Shown: piece by piece, positions 61,166 through 64,000 of the stretch | How positions within the stretch are numbered: position 1 is the stretch's first letter | Layout: every line of letters begins with the position of its first letter | NCBI GenBank assembly: GCA_965218095.1 | Contig: OZ244587.1 | Span: forward strand, 6,080,001 to 6,144,000 | Length of the DNA stretch: 64,000 bases | Reading direction: 5' to 3' | Source: Candidatus Poribacteria bacterium | GTDB lineage: Bacteria > Poribacteria > WGA-4E > PCPOR2b | The notes under the pieces: model-generated | Told to the model about the DNA's origin: nothing | The model's database searches: none | What the model saw: the letters and a program-made list of their open reading frames with translations, nothing else | Translations under genes and position numbers: made by a program

Positions 61166-63208
61166 ATGGCAAAACAGATACTAATTGTTGAAGATGATAA
61201 CGATGTCGTTGGGTACATCGAACATCTATTGAAAAGTTTGGGATATACGGTTTGTGCCGTCGTATCTTCAGGAGAAGAAGCGATTCAAAAAGCAGCACAG
61301 ACGCACCCGGATCTCGCACTAATAGATATGATGTTAAAAGGCGATCTGGACGGTATAGCGCTCGCTGAACAGATGCGTGACCGTTTTAATATTCCGACCG
61401 TATATCTGACGACTTATGCGGATAAAGCCCTATTGCAGCGGGCAAAGATAACCGAGCCCTTTGGCTATGTCCTCAAACCGTTTGCAGAAAGAAGATTACA
61501 CCTTAACATCGAGATTGCCCTTTACAGGCATGAGATGGAAAGGAAATTTAAGGAGAGAGAACAGTGGCTTTCGACAATCCTCAAAAGCATAGGCGATGCC
61601 GTGATTGCCACCGATAAAAATGGATTCGTTCAATTTATGAATCCTGTTGCCGAAACCTTGACGGGCTCAAGTGAGGCGGAAGCCTTTGAAAAAGATTTGG
61701 CAGAAGTATTCAATGTCATCAGCGAAGAAACAGATACGCCGCCTAAAAGACATATCATGAAGGCGCTCCAGGAGCGAATCATTGTCGGTCAGGCAGACCA
61801 TACCATGCTCATTGCTCAAGATGGCAAAGAGACCCCTATTGATTACAGTGCTGCGCCTATCAGAGATGACAACGAAAACATCACCGGCGTCGTTTTGGCC
61901 TTCCGTGACATCACCAAGCGTCGGGAGGCAGAGGAGGCGTTGAGGCTAACAGCAGAAGCGTTACAAAATCAAACCCGAATCTTGCAATCTATTCTTGACA
62001 GCATGGGCGATGGCGTGGTCGTCGCTGATGCAAGTGGTAAATTTTTGTTCTTCAACCCGGAGGCGGAACGAATCCTTGGTATTCGGCCAACGGATACAAT
62101 TCCCAATGAATGGTCGGAAAAATACGGCGCCTTCCTCCCTGATACAGTAACATCTTTTCCGGCCGATGAACTTCCCCTCACGCGGGCAATCCGCGGTGAA
62201 GCATCCGACGATGTTGAAATCTTCATACGCAATCCGAAAGTGCCGGAGGGCGTTTACGTTGATGTTACCAGTAGGCCGTTACAGGATGAATCGGGCGCCC
62301 TGAGGGGCGGCGTTACCGTTTTCCGTGATGTGACTGAGCGCAAGCGGACGGAAGAAGCATTGGCTCGAGCTTACACACAGGGCAGATTGGAGATTGTCGA
62401 TACATTGCTCCACAATATTGGCAATGCTATCAACAGCGTAACAATAGGAATTGGGACAATTCACGAAAAGCTAGTGAAGAATGGAATGACACATCGCCTC
62501 GCGGCTCTGGCAAATGCAATCAAAGTCCATCAAGACGATTTTAGCGATTATGTCAAAAGCCACCCGCAAGGACAAAAAGTCGCGCCATTTATTATCGCCC
62601 TCGCTGAGGATTTTATGCAACAAGATGAAAAGTTGGCAAAGACAGTCAGCCGCGTGCGGAATAGAGCGGAACATATCGCTGATATCGTCCGAATGCAAAA
62701 GTCGCTTGGCAGGAGTAGCGTGTATCGCAAAGATGTCAGCCTCAGGTACGCAATCAACGATGCCATTACGGTGTTGGGTGATTCTATCAGGAAAAGGGAT
62801 ATTGAGATTCATATTGATTGCGATAATGCCCCGAAAGAGATTCGGACACAGGAAAGTCAATTTCATCAAATGTTGGTCAATCTTGTCAAAAACTCGATTG
62901 AAGCTATCGACCAACTTACCACATCAATGAGCCTCAGTGAGCCGCCTTTGATCAAAATCAGATGCTATGTCAAATTGGGTTCTTTGATCCTTGAGGTAAT
63001 TGATAACGGTATCGGCATCGAAAAGGACAAATTCGAGATCATCTTCGGGGGAGATTATACAACCAAAGCATCAGGAAGTGGGCTTGGGCTTCATTCGATC
63101 GCGAATTTCGTCAATGGATGGAGCGGGAAGATTTACCCCCTAAGCGATGGTCTCGGCAAAGGGACAACGATGCGAGTCATGCTCCCACTCTCTTCAGTCA
63201 CCCCGTAA
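61166..63208 (+). CDS. hybrid sensor histidine kinase REC-PAS-PAS-HisKA-HATPase
   Basis: ILIVEDD; two PAS; LHNIGN; NLVKNS, DNGIG, TTK, GSGLGL. Confidence 0.95.
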   Translation: MAKQILIVEDDNDVVGYIEHLLKSLGYTVCAVVSSGEEAIQKAAQTHPDLALIDMMLKGDLDGIALAEQMRDRFNIPTVYLTTYADKALLQRAKITEPFGYVLKPFAERRLHLNIEIALYRHEMERKFKEREQWLSTILKSIGDAVIATDKNGFVQFMNPVAETLTGSSEAEAFEKDLAEVFNVISEETDTPPKRHIMKALQERIIVGQADHTMLIAQDGKETPIDYSAAPIRDDNENITGVVLAFRDITKRREAEEALRLTAEALQNQTRILQSILDSMGDGVVVADASGKFLFFNPEAERILGIRPTDTIPNEWSEKYGAFLPDTVTSFPADELPLTRAIRGEASDDVEIFIRNPKVPEGVYVDVTSRPLQDESGALRGGVTVFRDVTERKRTEEALARAYTQGRLEIVDTLLHNIGNAINSVTIGIGTIHEKLVKNGMTHRLAALANAIKVHQDDFSDYVKSHPQGQKVAPFIIALAEDFMQQDEKLAKTVSRVRNRAEHIADIVRMQKSLGRSSVYRKDVSLRYAINDAITVLGDSIRKRDIEIHIDCDNAPKEIRTQESQFHQMLVNLVKNSIEAIDQLTTSMSLSEPPLIKIRCYVKLGSLILEVIDNGIGIEKDKFEIIFGGDYTTKASGSGLGLHSIANFVNGWSGKIYPLSDGLGKGTTMRVMLPLSSVTP

Positions 63209-63342
63209 CAATGAGCAATCAAGCAAATAAGCAAATGGGTAGAAATGGCCTGTAGCAAGGACAAATCTCTCGCAAGAAAGAGATTGCATATTTACACATC
63301 ACGCAATACGGAATAGGCGTACTAACCAGGAAAGTATCAATC

Positions 63343-64000
63343 ATGGAATTCAAAAAGGACTGGAACTATCGCGTACTGATTGTCGATGATCAAGAAGAGA
63401 TACACCAGGATTTTGAAGAGATGCTCACGCCCGGTTTAGCGGAAGCATCAACTGACGATTTGGCGGAAGCGTTTGCATCAGAGGTCGATGAGAGCTTCCT
63501 TCCAGACTTTGAGTTGCTCCATGCCAGAAGCGGGGCAGAAGCTTATGAAACGATAAAAAGGGGGCTCGAAACAGTCCATCCAATTGCCGCTGCATACATA
63601 GACATCAGAATGCCGCCGGGCATGGATGGGATTGAAACGACGCGGCGCATCCGAAAGATCGACAGAAATATTGAGATCGTCCTCATGACTGCGTACACCG
63701 ATAAATCGCTGTCCGAGATTGTTCGTGAGATGGATCTGCTCCACAAATTGCTTTATATCAGAAAGCCATTTGCACGGGAGGAAATCCAGCAGATAACGCT
63801 CTCTTTGGCCGAAAAGTGGAATGTCGAAAGCGAATTGGCGGAGAAACGCCGGCAGCTCGCAATCAGTAACCAAAGACTAGAGACGGTCCTCGACTCCACC
63901 GGGGATGCCATCGCCATGTTCGATGTCACAGGACATTTGCTGTTTGCGAATCGGTGGTATGAAGATATGTTTGAATTGACGACCAAAGAACTGGAACAGA
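63343..64000 (+). CDS. receiver plus PAS signalling protein, truncated by the window
   Basis: YRVLIVDDQ, IDIRMPPGMDG, MTAY, IRKPF, VLDSTGDAI. Confidence 0.9.
   Translation, partial: MEFKKDWNYRVLIVDDQEEIHQDFEEMLTPGLAEASTDDLAEAFASEVDESFLPDFELLHARSGAEAYETIKRGLETVHPIAAAYIDIRMPPGMDGIETTRRIRKIDRNIEIVLMTAYTDKSLSEIVREMDLLHKLLYIRKPFAREEIQQITLSLAEKWNVESELAEKRRQLAISNQRLETVLDSTGDAIAMFDVTGHLLFANRWYEDMFELTTKELEQ

Overview
Bacterial chromosomal window of roughly mid GC. The gene families (many Gfo/Idh/MocA and SDR oxidoreductases, PhyH dioxygenase, FGE-sulfatase, TPR proteins, Ig-like lipoproteins, Rpn-like remnants) resemble sponge-symbiont Ca. Poribacteria; this is an inference, not tested. Housekeeping genes (miaA, bioA, asd, tsaE) and a sugar ABC transporter are interleaved with many insertion sequences (2x IS982-like, 2x IS5-like, IS630, an IS4-like remnant, one intact DDE IS with 8-bp TSD, an IS200/IS605 end), MITE-like elements and many pseudogenes. 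Defence content: an EcoAI-like type I R-M locus, an HTH-MTase-TRD fusion facing a frameshifted PD-(D/E)xK nuclease, and decayed HEPN and XRE/nuclease pairs. The most unusual intact genes are a 7Fe-ferredoxin/membrane/Hsp20-like fusion, a tandem cytochrome P460-like lipoprotein inserted inside the ABC cluster, and a solo Rad50/SbcC-like ATPase with altered motifs, paired with a 69-aa protein and divergent from an M48-like protein lacking HEXXH. All calls come from reading the sequence; no searches were run.
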